DNA from: Alloprevotella sp.
GTDB taxonomy: Bacteria; Bacteroidota; Bacteroidia; Bacteroidales; Bacteroidaceae
Assembly: GCA_045612125.1 (NCBI GenBank)
Contig: JAZKYK010000001.1
Coordinates: forward strand, 60,596 to 124,595
Length of the DNA stretch: 64,000 nucleotides
Direction: 5' to 3'
The translations under genes and the position numbers were made by a program. This document shows positions 30,082 through 40,066 of the stretch, in pieces (position 1 is the first letter of the stretch; each line of letters opens with the position of its first letter). Below the pieces are notes generated by a model. The model did no database searches. It saw only the letters and a list, made by a program, of their open reading frames with translations, and was not told the origin of the DNA.

Positions 30082-32769
30082 ATGTCAAGTAAATTTTCTT
30101 ATTTGATGATGGCAGCAAGTGTATTGTTTGCTGCATCTTGTGAAACAGACGAAGAACTCGTTTCTGTAGAACAAACTGCGACCTCAACCGTGTCGTTCAA
30201 CTTGTCAACTCCTCAGATGGCATCGCGTGCTTATAGCGATGGTATGACAGCTACTCAGCTCCAATATGCGGTTTACGATGAAGATGGCAATATTTTGGAT
30301 GGCTTTACAACAACAGATGCTACAATCAAAGGTAGTACTACAGTGGACCTTCAGCTCGTAACGGGCAATACTTATAAAGTTGTGTTCTGGGCAGCTGCTC
30401 CTAATGCTCCCTATACAGTTGACTTAGCAGCTAAGACTATGTCTGTTAGCTACGACAATGCACTGTGCAACGACGAAGCGCGCGACGCTTTCTATGCTTA
30501 CAAGGAATTTACAGTGAAAGGTGCTCAAAGCGAACCTATTGAACTCAAGCGTCCCTTCGCACAGATTAACATCGGTACTTCTGACTATGCAGAAGCAACT
30601 AAGGCTGGTTACACGCCTACTAAGTCTTCTGTAGAAGTGACAGGCGTAGCCAACACGCTCAACCTCTTTACTGGCGAAGCAACTGGCGAAGTAAACGCAA
30701 GCTTCGCATTTGCAGAGATTAAGAAGGACGAAGTATTCCCTGTTTTGGGCAACGAATATCTCGCTATGAACTACGTACTCGTAGGTGCTGACAAGCAACT
30801 CGTTGACGTGGCATTCTCTTATACTGACGACAGCAAGACTAAGAATCGCCAGGTTTCTTCAGTGCCCGTTCAGCGTAACTACCGCACAAATATCTATGGT
30901 AAGCTCCTCACAAGTGAAGTTGACATTAATATTGAAATTAAGCCTGAATTCGATGGTGCATTCGATAATGAAGGTTATTTTATTGAAGCTGGAGAAAATG
31001 GCGAAATCAAGGCGTTTATTAAGTCAGCAAAAGGTTTAGTAGCTATCGCTGATGCAATTGCAAATGGTTCAATTACAAATGTTGACATTGTTTTGGATGA
31101 TGATATTGACCTTTCTGAACTTGCAGTATCATCTCGTTCTGCAGCAGTTAATAATTGGAATCCTATTGGTACTTCTGAAAAGCCATTTACTGGTATTTTC
31201 GATGGTAAGGGTTATACCATCAAGAACCTTGCACTCGTTGAACAGGAGGCTAAGGAAGGTAAGGCATACATCGGTTTTTTGGGTTATGCTAAGGACGCTA
31301 CTATCAAGAATGTTACTTTCGAAAACGTTTATATCAATATTCCTTGCTTGGATATCGATCACAGTCAAGGCCACATCGGCGCTGTAGCTGGTTCATTGGA
31401 AGGTACTTCAACGATTGAGAACGTAACAGTTAAGGGCGACATTCAGGTTTCCGCAACTCAGGATGCTAACGGTGCAAGCCGTGTAGCTGTTGTTGCAGGT
31501 GGTAACTCATACGGTAACGTAACAATGAAGAATGTACACGTTATTGCTAACGAAGGTAGCTACCTTATCGCAAACAACAATACAGGTGCTTTGGCAGGAC
31601 AGCTTCAGGGTAAGTCTGTATTTGAGAATTGCTCTTCAAATATCGATGTAACTGTTAATAAGTTCTTCGCAGGTGGTATCATCGGTTTGGCTGCTGGCGA
31701 TCAACTCTTTGTGAACTGCCACACAACTGGTAACGTTGCTGTAGTTGCAGGTCGCGAAGGTAAGGCACACGACCAGTATCGTGTTGGCGGTATCGCTGGT
31801 GGTTGGGCTGATGGCGCAAAGAATGTTTGTACACTTGTAGATTGCTCATACGCAGGTGAAGTTTCAGGTAAGAACTCAGACGGTTCTGTTGCTGAAGTTC
31901 TTGACTATATGGGCTATGTAGGTCGTGGTTACACTTTGAATGGTTGCCAAGGTAGCAAGGTTGTTATCAATGGTACAGTGTTCGTTCAGAAGTCTAACAG
32001 TGCTTCAGAAGCAGGTGATTACACTATCTACAACATCAATGACAGTGAGCAGAGCGAATATGAGTTTGTTGCTAATGGTGTAGCAATCCAAAATGGCGCT
32101 TACTATTTCTTTAATACAGACGGTCTTAAGTGGTTTGCAAATGAAGTGAACACGAATAAGAATGCTTTCAGTGGAAAGACTGTGAAGCTCGCAGCTGACA
32201 TTAACCTTGCAGGTATTGACTGGGAACCTATCGGTCAGACAGGTTCTACTACCTTCAATGGTGTTTTCGATGGTCAGAACCACACGATTTCTAACCTCTC
32301 TGTTGATTCTGAAGCTGAAACAGGTGCACACTACTCAAGCGGTTTGTTTGGTTGGGTAGAAAGCCACAGTGCAGGTCATGGTCATATCAAGAATGTGAAG
32401 ATTGATGGTGCAACGATTAACGGTCACCACAACTGCGGCGCTCTTGTAGGTTACATCACTGAGAAAAATGCTCTCGTAGAAAACTGCCATGTAACGGATG
32501 CAACAGTAAACTGTACTAAGGCAAACGATGATGCTGATGGCGACAAGGCAGGTGCACTCATCGGTAACGCAACAAATGCTACATCTGTAAAGGATTGTAC
32601 TGCTGCTAACTCTACAGTTTCAGCAGGTCGTGATGCAGGTCAATTGATTGGCGCTGGTAAGGAAGCTAACGTTACAGGATGTTCTGCTACAAATGTTGAA
32701 GTGTCAGCAAATGGTACAGGCACAGGTAATAATGTACGTAACGAAGTAATTGGTCGTTTGCTTAATTAA
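30082..32769 (+). CDS. Pilin-like lipoprotein with C-terminal GLUG-type beta-helix modules, probable tip adhesin
   Basis: Lipobox AASC, ASRA; N-terminal ~290 aa paralogous to the 29146 protein; two W.PIG...F.G.FDG...TI.NL modules. Confidence 0.82.
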   Translation: MSSKFSYLMMAASVLFAASCETDEELVSVEQTATSTVSFNLSTPQMASRAYSDGMTATQLQYAVYDEDGNILDGFTTTDATIKGSTTVDLQLVTGNTYKVVFWAAAPNAPYTVDLAAKTMSVSYDNALCNDEARDAFYAYKEFTVKGAQSEPIELKRPFAQINIGTSDYAEATKAGYTPTKSSVEVTGVANTLNLFTGEATGEVNASFAFAEIKKDEVFPVLGNEYLAMNYVLVGADKQLVDVAFSYTDDSKTKNRQVSSVPVQRNYRTNIYGKLLTSEVDINIEIKPEFDGAFDNEGYFIEAGENGEIKAFIKSAKGLVAIADAIANGSITNVDIVLDDDIDLSELAVSSRSAAVNNWNPIGTSEKPFTGIFDGKGYTIKNLALVEQEAKEGKAYIGFLGYAKDATIKNVTFENVYINIPCLDIDHSQGHIGAVAGSLEGTSTIENVTVKGDIQVSATQDANGASRVAVVAGGNSYGNVTMKNVHVIANEGSYLIANNNTGALAGQLQGKSVFENCSSNIDVTVNKFFAGGIIGLAAGDQLFVNCHTTGNVAVVAGREGKAHDQYRVGGIAGGWADGAKNVCTLVDCSYAGEVSGKNSDGSVAEVLDYMGYVGRGYTLNGCQGSKVVINGTVFVQKSNSASEAGDYTIYNINDSEQSEYEFVANGVAIQNGAYYFFNTDGLKWFANEVNTNKNAFSGKTVKLAADINLAGIDWEPIGQTGSTTFNGVFDGQNHTISNLSVDSEAETGAHYSSGLFGWVESHSAGHGHIKNVKIDGATINGHHNCGALVGYITEKNALVENCHVTDATVNCTKANDDADGDKAGALIGNATNATSVKDCTAANSTVSAGRDAGQLIGAGKEANVTGCSATNVEVSANGTGTGNNVRNEVIGRLLN

Positions 32770-32929
32770 ATCCCCTGTTGGTCGTTTTTTTAAAACGAAC
32801 AGGGAGAGTTAGAACAACAATTATGAAGAGTTTTATTTAAATGACTGCATGGTTCTTTAGATAAGAGAAAGGAGCATTATATTTAGTTCATCTCTCAATC
32901 GTATTGCAGTAATTTAGAAGATCTCCAAT

Positions 32930-32969
32930 AAAGGGGGCGCACCAAAAAAAATGGCGCGCCCCCTTTTTA
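32930..32969 (+). terminator. Terminator after the fimbrial locus
   Basis: AAAGGGGGCGCACCA...TGGCGCGCCCCCTTT followed by TT. Confidence 0.7.
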
Positions 32970-33302
32970 TGTGTAAGTATTCGATAAATGATGCATTGTG
33001 TCAGTTGTTGTAGCATTGTGCTTTTGCCTTGCAATAGTGCAAGTTATTCGTGTTCTTGAAAAAGAAAATTTAGAGTGAATTGATACGCGTCAATGCTATC
33101 GTAAGATTTGTTATCCATGCTTCACAATATGTGCAAGCGAATGTGGCGCAAAACTTTAAAAACAGGGATTGTTAATTAATTTTTCGATATTCTTAAACAA
33201 TCGTTAACATGCAATCATTTTAATGTTGTACTTTTGCACAGGTTACGAATACCAAATGAAAGTCGATTAATATATTAACAACTAAAAATACTTTATTTCA
33301 CC

Positions 33303-35054
33303 ATGGAATGGTTAGTTAACATTCTCACGACCTTGACTCCGGGCACCTATATTGCTCACTTGGTCATTGCCTATGCGCTCGCGATCTCTTTGGGCGTTCG
33401 CCTTGGTAAAATCAAATTTGGCGGTATTGCCTTAGGGGTTACATTTGTTCTTTTTGTTGGTATTCTTGTTGGACATATCAGTAGCACTTTCTTTGGTATT
33501 GATTACAAGACTGCGGCTGGCGGTGCAACCATGGCAGGAACACCTCAGATTATTAAGTTTGTGATGGAGTTGGGCTTGATCCTCTTCGTTTATTGCATCG
33601 GTTTGCAGGTAGGTCCCAGTTTCTTTGCGACGTTTAAGTCGGGCGGTTTGAAGATGAATATGCTCGCTGTGGGTATCGTAACACTCAATATTGCGATGGT
33701 CTTCCTGCTTTATTATTTGTTCTTCAACAACGGACAGAAGTCGGATTTCCCCATGCTCGTTGGTGTGCTCTACGGTGCTGTAACTAATACGCCTGGTCTT
33801 GGTGCTGCAACAACAACCGTAAATAGTTTCTTCGAGGCAGGTACCGCACCCGACATCGCCAGTGGTTATGCGTGCGCTTATCCTCTTGGTGTGGTAGGTA
33901 TTATCCTCGCAACCATCGCTATTCGCTATATTTGCAAGATTGATCTTGATAAGGAACGCGAACAACTTCGTAAGGAAGTGGAAAGCAATCCTCACGCAAC
34001 ACCAAAGCACCTCGTGCTTAAGGTGACAAACTATGCCGTTATCAATAAAACGCTTGAAGAACTTCGTAATTTCTTGAATCGTGAATTTATTGTTTCACGT
34101 ATTATCAAGGGTGAAGAATTGATTATTCCTAATCGCGACACGAAGTTGGCTCTCGGTGATGTGGTGCACCTCGTATGTACAGAATGGGAAGCACAAGCCA
34201 TGACAGAGCTTATTGGTGAAGCTGTAGAAGGAAAGGCTTGGGATGCCGATACAGAAAAGAAGAACTATGTGTCACGCCGCCTTATGGTGACTAAGGAAGC
34301 CATGAATGGTAAGACCTTCGGTCAGCTCCACTTCTCATCAGTGTATGGTGTTAATGTAACGCGCGTCACACGTAATGGTATGGATCTCTTTGCTAACCGC
34401 AACTTGCGTCTTCAAGTGGGTGACCGCCTTCTCGTGACTGGTTTGGAAGAAAATGTAGATCGCTTGGCACGTAAGGTAGGTGCTAACGTGAAGCATCTTG
34501 ACCACCCCAATGTGGGCGCTATCTTCTTCGGTATCTTGCTCGGTATTGTACTCGGTCAGATGCCTATTCCACTCCCAGGTATTGATGTTCCTGTGAAGTT
34601 GGGTTATGCTGGTGGTCCGTTGATCGTAGCTATCCTCGTAGGTGCTTTCGGTTATCGCTATAAGATTGCCTCTTACATGACTACTTCTGCTAACCTCATG
34701 CTCCGTGAAGTAGGTTTGATCCTTTTCTTGGCCAGTGTAGGTCTTCAAGCAGGTGCTACATTCTGGCAAACCATCGTTGGTGGTGGTTACAACTACGTTT
34801 GGGCAGGTTTCTTAATCACTACAGTGCCCATTCTGATTATCGGTACTATTGGTCGCTTGAAGTATAAGATCAACTACTTTACTTTGATGGGTCTGATCGC
34901 TGGTTCGAATACCGACCCCCCTGCATTGGCCTTTGCTAACCAAACAGCAACTGGTAGCGATGCGCCTGCCGTAGGTTATTCAACCGTTTACCCCCTCACC
35001 ATGTTCCTCCGTATCCTTACAGCGCAACTCGTGTTGCTCTTCTTCATGGGATAA
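33303..35054 (+). CDS. AspT/YidE/YbjL-family transporter with TrkA-C domains
   Basis: GLILFVYCIGLQVGP, GAVTNTPGLGA, YPLGV, T.PPALAFA, YSTVYP; central soluble region. Confidence 0.9.
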   Translation: MEWLVNILTTLTPGTYIAHLVIAYALAISLGVRLGKIKFGGIALGVTFVLFVGILVGHISSTFFGIDYKTAAGGATMAGTPQIIKFVMELGLILFVYCIGLQVGPSFFATFKSGGLKMNMLAVGIVTLNIAMVFLLYYLFFNNGQKSDFPMLVGVLYGAVTNTPGLGAATTTVNSFFEAGTAPDIASGYACAYPLGVVGIILATIAIRYICKIDLDKEREQLRKEVESNPHATPKHLVLKVTNYAVINKTLEELRNFLNREFIVSRIIKGEELIIPNRDTKLALGDVVHLVCTEWEAQAMTELIGEAVEGKAWDADTEKKNYVSRRLMVTKEAMNGKTFGQLHFSSVYGVNVTRVTRNGMDLFANRNLRLQVGDRLLVTGLEENVDRLARKVGANVKHLDHPNVGAIFFGILLGIVLGQMPIPLPGIDVPVKLGYAGGPLIVAILVGAFGYRYKIASYMTTSANLMLREVGLILFLASVGLQAGATFWQTIVGGGYNYVWAGFLITTVPILIIGTIGRLKYKINYFTLMGLIAGSNTDPPALAFANQTATGSDAPAVGYSTVYPLTMFLRILTAQLVLLFFMG

Positions 35055-35061
35055 TCATAAT

Positions 35062-35099
35062 AAAAAGACGTTGCAAGCTCGTGCTTGCAACGTCTTTTT
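35062..35099. terminator. Bidirectional intrinsic terminator
   Basis: AAAAAGACGTTGCAAGC TCGT GCTTGCAACGTCTTTTT. Confidence 0.85.
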
Positions 35100-35104
35100 A
35101 TTCT

Positions 35105-35665
35105 CCTGAATTCGTCAATGCGTCACCCAAATTATAAAGGTTTGATGAGCCTTGGCGAATAATTTGGCTTGACAGTGTATGTCAATTGAAAAATTCATCT
35201 TGATGAATAAAAATTATTCGCCTAAGCTCATCAATCCGTCTCTAATTATTCGCTTTTGCTCATCAAAACGTCTCAATCTAGAAAAATACAAGAAAGTAAA
35301 AAGGCGTTGATTTTTTTAATCTAGAATTAGAGAATTAGAGAATTGGCTGCGCAGTGTATGCCAATAAAAAAATCATTGATGAAAAAAAATTCTCTAATTC
35401 TCTAATTCTAGAAAACACAAAAATGTAGAAGGACGTGAATTTTTAAATCTAGAATTAGAGACGATTTGATGAGCCATAGCGAATAATTTGGCTCCGCAGT
35501 GTATATTGATAGATAGAAAAATATTCGATTACTCTCATCAAAACGTCACAAATTCTAGAAATAAAACATAGGTTTGCGTCACCCGAACTTACCCCGTTTA
35601 GAATCTCTAACTTGATGATTTTCAATCTTCGCTGTTTAATAGCACTAAAAAGTGATGAAGTCAGG
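35105..35665. mobile_element. 561-bp non-coding MITE-like element containing three large palindromes
   Basis: Ends CCTGAATTCGTCA / TGATGAAGTCAGG (11/13 inverted match); flanked by 42-bp direct repeats 35063-35104 and 35666-35707 (40/42). Confidence 0.6.
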
Positions 35666-35708
35666 AAAAGACGTTGCAAGCTCGTGCTTGCCACTTCTTT
35701 TTATTCTT

Positions 35709-36033
35709 AACTCTCAACTCTCATCTCTCCTCTCTCTTCTTTCCAAGCATGCCGCATGGGCTCACTTTGTGAGCAAGAGCGAGATCCGTGGACAAAAGAA
35801 AGATATTCAGTGTACCTGCCATTTGTAAATGAGATAGGTACGTGGATTTACCACGGGCCGACACGGCTTGGCACGATTCGTGAGTTGATTGACGACGGGC
35901 CGACACGGGGATCGGCCCCTACATCTCTCTTAACCTCTTAACGGACCTTTAGGTTCCTCTTAACGAGGCGAAGCCTCATCTCTCATCTCTAAACTCTAAA
36001 CTCTCAACTCTCAACTCTCCTCTCTCAACTCTC
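35709..36033 (-). repeat. Mosaic GTAG-REP/heptamer repeat element, copy 4
   Basis: Reverse complement of heptamer, mini-hairpin and REP modules directly after the thyA stop. Confidence 0.85.
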
Positions 36034-36034
36034 G

Positions 36035-36829
36035 TTAAACCGAAACGACGGCTTTGATGTGAGGATGGGCTTCGTAGTTCTCTAAAGTGAAGTCCTCATA
36101 TTTGAAATCAAAAATATCTTTGATTTCGGGGTTCAAGTGCATGGTTGGGAGTTTGTAGGGCGTGCGCGTGAGTTGTAGCTCAGCCTGTTCGATGTGGTTC
36201 AGGTAAAGATGTGTGTCGCCTGTAGTATGGATGAATTCACCTGGTTGTAGGCCACATACTTGTGCTACCATCATGAGGAGTAGAGCATAGGATGCGATGT
36301 TAAAGGGCACACCGAGGAACGAGTCGGCAGAGCGCTGATAAAGCTGGAGGGATAGTTTTCCATCAGCTACGTAGAACTGAAACAGTAAGTGGCAGGGAGG
36401 AAGCGCCATCTCATCGATTTCAGCCACGTTCCATGCTGAGACAATGATGCGTCGGGAGTCTGGCGTGTTTTTGATCTGGTCAATCACCTGTTTGATTTGG
36501 TCGATGTGTCCACCTTTGTAGTCGGGCCATGAACGCCATTGGTAACCATATACATGCCCTAAATCACCATTCTCGTCAGCCCATTCATTCCAAATGCGAA
36601 CCCCGTTTTCCTGAAGGTATTTCACATTGGTGTCCCCCTTCAAGAACCACAGTAGTTCGTGGATGATTGATTTTAAATGGCATTTCTTGGTTGTGATTAA
36701 GGGAAAACCATCTGCCAGGTTGAAACGCATTTGATGGCCAAACACCGATTTCGTTCCTGTTCCCGTGCGGTCGGTTTTTACGGTACCTTCGTCAAGGATA
36801 CGTTGCAAAAGGTCAAGGTATTGCTTCAT
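36035..36829 (-). CDS. thyA: Thymidylate synthase
   Basis: DRTGTGT, HELLWFL.G, YGYQWR, MALPPCH, YQRSAD..LGVPFN; TACATTTG promoter box at 36876-36869. Confidence 0.97.
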   Translation of the reverse strand: MKQYLDLLQRILDEGTVKTDRTGTGTKSVFGHQMRFNLADGFPLITTKKCHLKSIIHELLWFLKGDTNVKYLQENGVRIWNEWADENGDLGHVYGYQWRSWPDYKGGHIDQIKQVIDQIKNTPDSRRIIVSAWNVAEIDEMALPPCHLLFQFYVADGKLSLQLYQRSADSFLGVPFNIASYALLLMMVAQVCGLQPGEFIHTTGDTHLYLNHIEQAELQLTRTPYKLPTMHLNPEIKDIFDFKYEDFTLENYEAHPHIKAVVSV

Positions 36830-36937
36830 ATTATGTTATGTGTTTGTTTTTTTGTTTGAAATTAAATGCAAATGTAGGAAGTTTTTATGATATCCTTTGT
36901 TAGCAATCGCTATTTTCTTTTTGTAATCTCTACTTGT

Positions 36938-37320
36938 ATGCCGTGAAAGGAATAAGGTGCTTTATTTTTTCTGCTGATTTTTTGATTGATTTTCTTTTTG
37001 TGAAGAAGGAGCATAGCGGGCTATGTGACTGATGAGCCAAGAGAAAAGCGGCAAAAAAGCAGTGGGAATAGAAATCACATATAAAAAATAAAGATAAAAA
37101 AGTGAAGCAGATTATTGTTTTCATGGCATGCCGTGAAAGGAATAAGGTGCTTTATTTTTTCTGCTGATTTTTTGATTGATTTTCTTTTTGTGAAGAAGGA
37201 GCATAGCGGGCTATGTGACTGATGAGCAAAGAGAAAAGCGGCAAAAAAGCAGTGGAAATAGAAATCGCATATAAAAAATAAAGATAAAAAAGTGAAGCAG
37301 ATTATTGTTTTCATGGCATG
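36938..37320. repeat. Two tandem 190-bp near-identical units, each with ~33-bp imperfect terminal inverted repeats
   Basis: Units start ATGCCGTGAAAGG at 36938 and 37128; right end AAGTGAAGCAGATTATTGTTTTCATGGCAT. Confidence 0.9.
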
Positions 37321-37381
37321 ATTCATTTCTTTGTTGTACTTTTGTAGAAACAAAATCACGATAAACCATTAAAACGGCTAT

Positions 37382-38791
37382 ATGAAGCAAATCCCATCCG
37401 ACTTTATTCAACAAATGGAAAAACTTGTTGGCCAGGAAGAGTGCGCAGCGTTAGTGTCGGCATTGACAGAATCCGTTGCCACAACTTCAGTGCGTTATAA
37501 TCGTCGGAAATTAGCAACCGAATCACCCGCTTTGTTCCCTGAATTAGAGAGCGAACCTGTGGGTTGGTGCGCCACGGGCATGTATCTCGGTGAACGCCCT
37601 TCCTTTGTGCTCGATCCATTGTTTCATGCAGGCGGGTATTATGTGCAGGAGGCTGCTTCAATGTTTATAGAACAGGCGTATTTGAAGATAGCAGAGGATC
37701 GGGTGCCTGAGCGTGTGCTTGATCTTTGTGCTGCACCTGGTGGTAAAAGTACGCTGTGGCGCAGTTTGTTGCCCGATGGAGCTTTGCTCGTTGCCAATGA
37801 ACCCATGCGCCAAAGGGCGGATGTCTTAGCTGAAAATATGCAAAAGTGGGGTCATCCCGATGTTATGGTGACTCATGCCTTCCCTCAGGAATTTAGCGGA
37901 CTTCATGGTTTTTTTGATGTGATTGCAACCGATGTGCCTTGCTCGGGTGAAGGGATGTTTCGCAAGGATGATACTGCTGTGAGTGAATGGTCCTTACAGA
38001 ACGTGGTAGATTGTGCTGACCGGCAATGGCGTATAATCTGTGATGTGTGGGATTGCTTGAAGCAAGGTGGTTATCTCGTTTATAGTACATGCACCTTCAA
38101 TGCGGCAGAAAATGAGCTAATGATAGCAGATATCTGTAGCCGTTTAGGGGCAGAGGTCGTTCCCTTGTCGGTGAATCCGGATTGGCAAGTGTCAACCCTA
38201 ACTCCGGAAGGTGGCATTCAAAACGCTTCTCTCCAAAATAATGGTATGTATCATTTTTATCCCCATAAGTCGCGAGGTGAGGGTTTGTTCCTTTGTTTGT
38301 TGAGGAAGACATCAGAAGCACCTTCCATGAAGATGAAGAAGGATAAATCGCAGAAACAACCATCCGTGTCGCCCGATGCCAAAAAGACCTTGAATTGGTT
38401 AGACACCCCCAATGATTATGCCCTTTTCCCTGTAGGCGAAAATCAATGGAGCGCTGTTAAGAAAAAACTTGTTGAAGATATGACTTTGGTCTTCAAACAA
38501 GTGCGGTGCTTGGTGGCAGGCATCCCTTTGTCGGAAGCAAAAGGAAAGAAAATGGCGCCGCAGCATGGATTGGCATTGTCGTTGGCGCGCAGCGAAGAGG
38601 CGTTTCCCGTTGCAGACGTGGATTTGCAAACGGCTATTGCCTATCTACGTCACGAGGCTGTTGTGATTGATGCACCTAAAGGGTGGGTGATCCTGACCTA
38701 CCAAAACCTTGCGCTCGGCTTTGTGAATAATTTAGGTACTCGAGCCAATAATATGTATCCCCAAGCGTGGCGGATTCGTAAAAACGTTTAA
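37382..38791 (+). CDS. rsmF: RsmF/NOL1/NOP2/Sun-family rRNA m5C methyltransferase
   Basis: YYVQEAASM, LDLCAAPGGKS, DVPCSGEGMFRKD, YSTCT, C-terminal NNMYP..WR. Confidence 0.9.
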   Translation: MKQIPSDFIQQMEKLVGQEECAALVSALTESVATTSVRYNRRKLATESPALFPELESEPVGWCATGMYLGERPSFVLDPLFHAGGYYVQEAASMFIEQAYLKIAEDRVPERVLDLCAAPGGKSTLWRSLLPDGALLVANEPMRQRADVLAENMQKWGHPDVMVTHAFPQEFSGLHGFFDVIATDVPCSGEGMFRKDDTAVSEWSLQNVVDCADRQWRIICDVWDCLKQGGYLVYSTCTFNAAENELMIADICSRLGAEVVPLSVNPDWQVSTLTPEGGIQNASLQNNGMYHFYPHKSRGEGLFLCLLRKTSEAPSMKMKKDKSQKQPSVSPDAKKTLNWLDTPNDYALFPVGENQWSAVKKKLVEDMTLVFKQVRCLVAGIPLSEAKGKKMAPQHGLALSLARSEEAFPVADVDLQTAIAYLRHEAVVIDAPKGWVILTYQNLALGFVNNLGTRANNMYPQAWRIRKNV

Positions 38792-38892
38792 ATATGAGAT
38801 GATCTAAAAGACAATACAACTTCAGGAATCATCCTTCCGATGTTTGTTTGCCCTTTTTGTCGTTTTTTAGAAAACTTGTCGGTATATAATCT

Positions 38893-39810
38893 ATGAAATA
38901 TCTTGAATTTACATTTACCTTACAACCTCAGAATGAGGCGTTTGAGGATGTTTTGAGTGCTGAATTAGCTGAGATTGGCTTTGAAAGCTTTATCCGCACG
39001 GCAGCGCTTGACTTACCCCGTATTGGCAGTGTTGATAATTTTCCTGAAGCACCGATTTTTGAAGAAGAATCGGCAGTTGGACAGTATAAAGCCTATATTC
39101 AGGTAGGTCTTTACGATCAAGCCGCCTTGGCCGATGTCGTAGATAATTTCCCCATCCCTGGCGTGTGTATTACTTATGAACAGGTTGAAGCAGAGGATAA
39201 GGACTGGAATGAAGAATGGGAAAAGAATTATTTTCAACCCATTGTGATTGATGGTCGATGCGTTATTTCAAGCACGTTCCATAAAGATGTGCCTGAGGCT
39301 GAATATGCCATAAAGATCAATCCCCAGATGTCCTTCGGTACGGGTCATCATGCCACGACCTCGCAGATGGTGGGCAGAATCCTTGACGATGACATGACTG
39401 GAAAGGAAGTGCTTGATATGGGCTGCGGCACCAGTATTTTGGCGATTCTCGCAAAGATGAGGGGTGCAAACCATTGTGTGGCGGTTGATGTTGATGAATG
39501 GTGCGTGAAAAATTCAGCCGAGAATTTACAACTCAATCAAATCGATGGTGTTGATGTGGTACTTGGTGATGCTTCTTCTTTGGTGAATTATGGGCCCTTT
39601 GATGTGGTTATCGCCAATATTAATCGCAATATTCTGCTCAATGATATGCATGCCTATGTGGCGCGCATGAAGCCAGATGCGTGTATTTATATGAGTGGCT
39701 TTTACGTTGAGGACGTTGAAAAACTGGTGGCTCATGCGCAAACCCTTGGCCTAAAATTGGTTGATGTGCGCAGTCAAGACAATTGGGCTTGCATTAAGTT
39801 GACGTTTTGA
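38893..39810 (+). CDS. prmA: Ribosomal protein L11 methyltransferase
   Basis: DWNEEW, P.MSFGTGHH.TT, LDMGCGTSILAI, ANINRN. Confidence 0.95.
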   Translation: MKYLEFTFTLQPQNEAFEDVLSAELAEIGFESFIRTAALDLPRIGSVDNFPEAPIFEEESAVGQYKAYIQVGLYDQAALADVVDNFPIPGVCITYEQVEAEDKDWNEEWEKNYFQPIVIDGRCVISSTFHKDVPEAEYAIKINPQMSFGTGHHATTSQMVGRILDDDMTGKEVLDMGCGTSILAILAKMRGANHCVAVDVDEWCVKNSAENLQLNQIDGVDVVLGDASSLVNYGPFDVVIANINRNILLNDMHAYVARMKPDACIYMSGFYVEDVEKLVAHAQTLGLKLVDVRSQDNWACIKLTF

Positions 39811-40042
39811 GTTTAGAGTTGAGAGTTGAGAGTTTAGAGTTGAGAGTTGAGAGATGAGAGAAGAGCCTTCGGCTCGTTAAGAGGGACCTAAAGGTCCGTT
39901 AAGAGGTTATGAGAGATGTAGGGGCCGATCCCCGTGTCGGCCCGTCGTCAATTCACTCATGAATCGTGCCAAGTCGTGTCGGTCAGTCGTCAATTCACTC
40001 ATGAATCGCGCTAATCTGTGTCGGCCCGTCGCCAATCAACGC
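39809..40042 (+). repeat. Mosaic GTAG-REP/heptamer repeat element, copy 5
   Basis: Heptamers start at the prmA stop; REP at 39918; two internal repeats. Confidence 0.88.
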
Positions 40043-40066
40043 ACCCCTTATTATATTCTTTATTCC

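Noticed and set aside
32854..32868. TCTTTAGATAAGAGA as a third recombinase site (12/15 match to the inverton core)
   Set aside because: Dyad symmetry is broken and flanks do not match; plausible by chance in AT-rich DNA
36930..37359. Duplicated short minus-strand ORFs (MKTIICFTFLSLFF...) as type I toxin peptides
   Set aside because: They arise from the 190-bp AT-rich repeat and begin within its terminal inverted repeat; there is no independent coding evidence, though translation is not excluded
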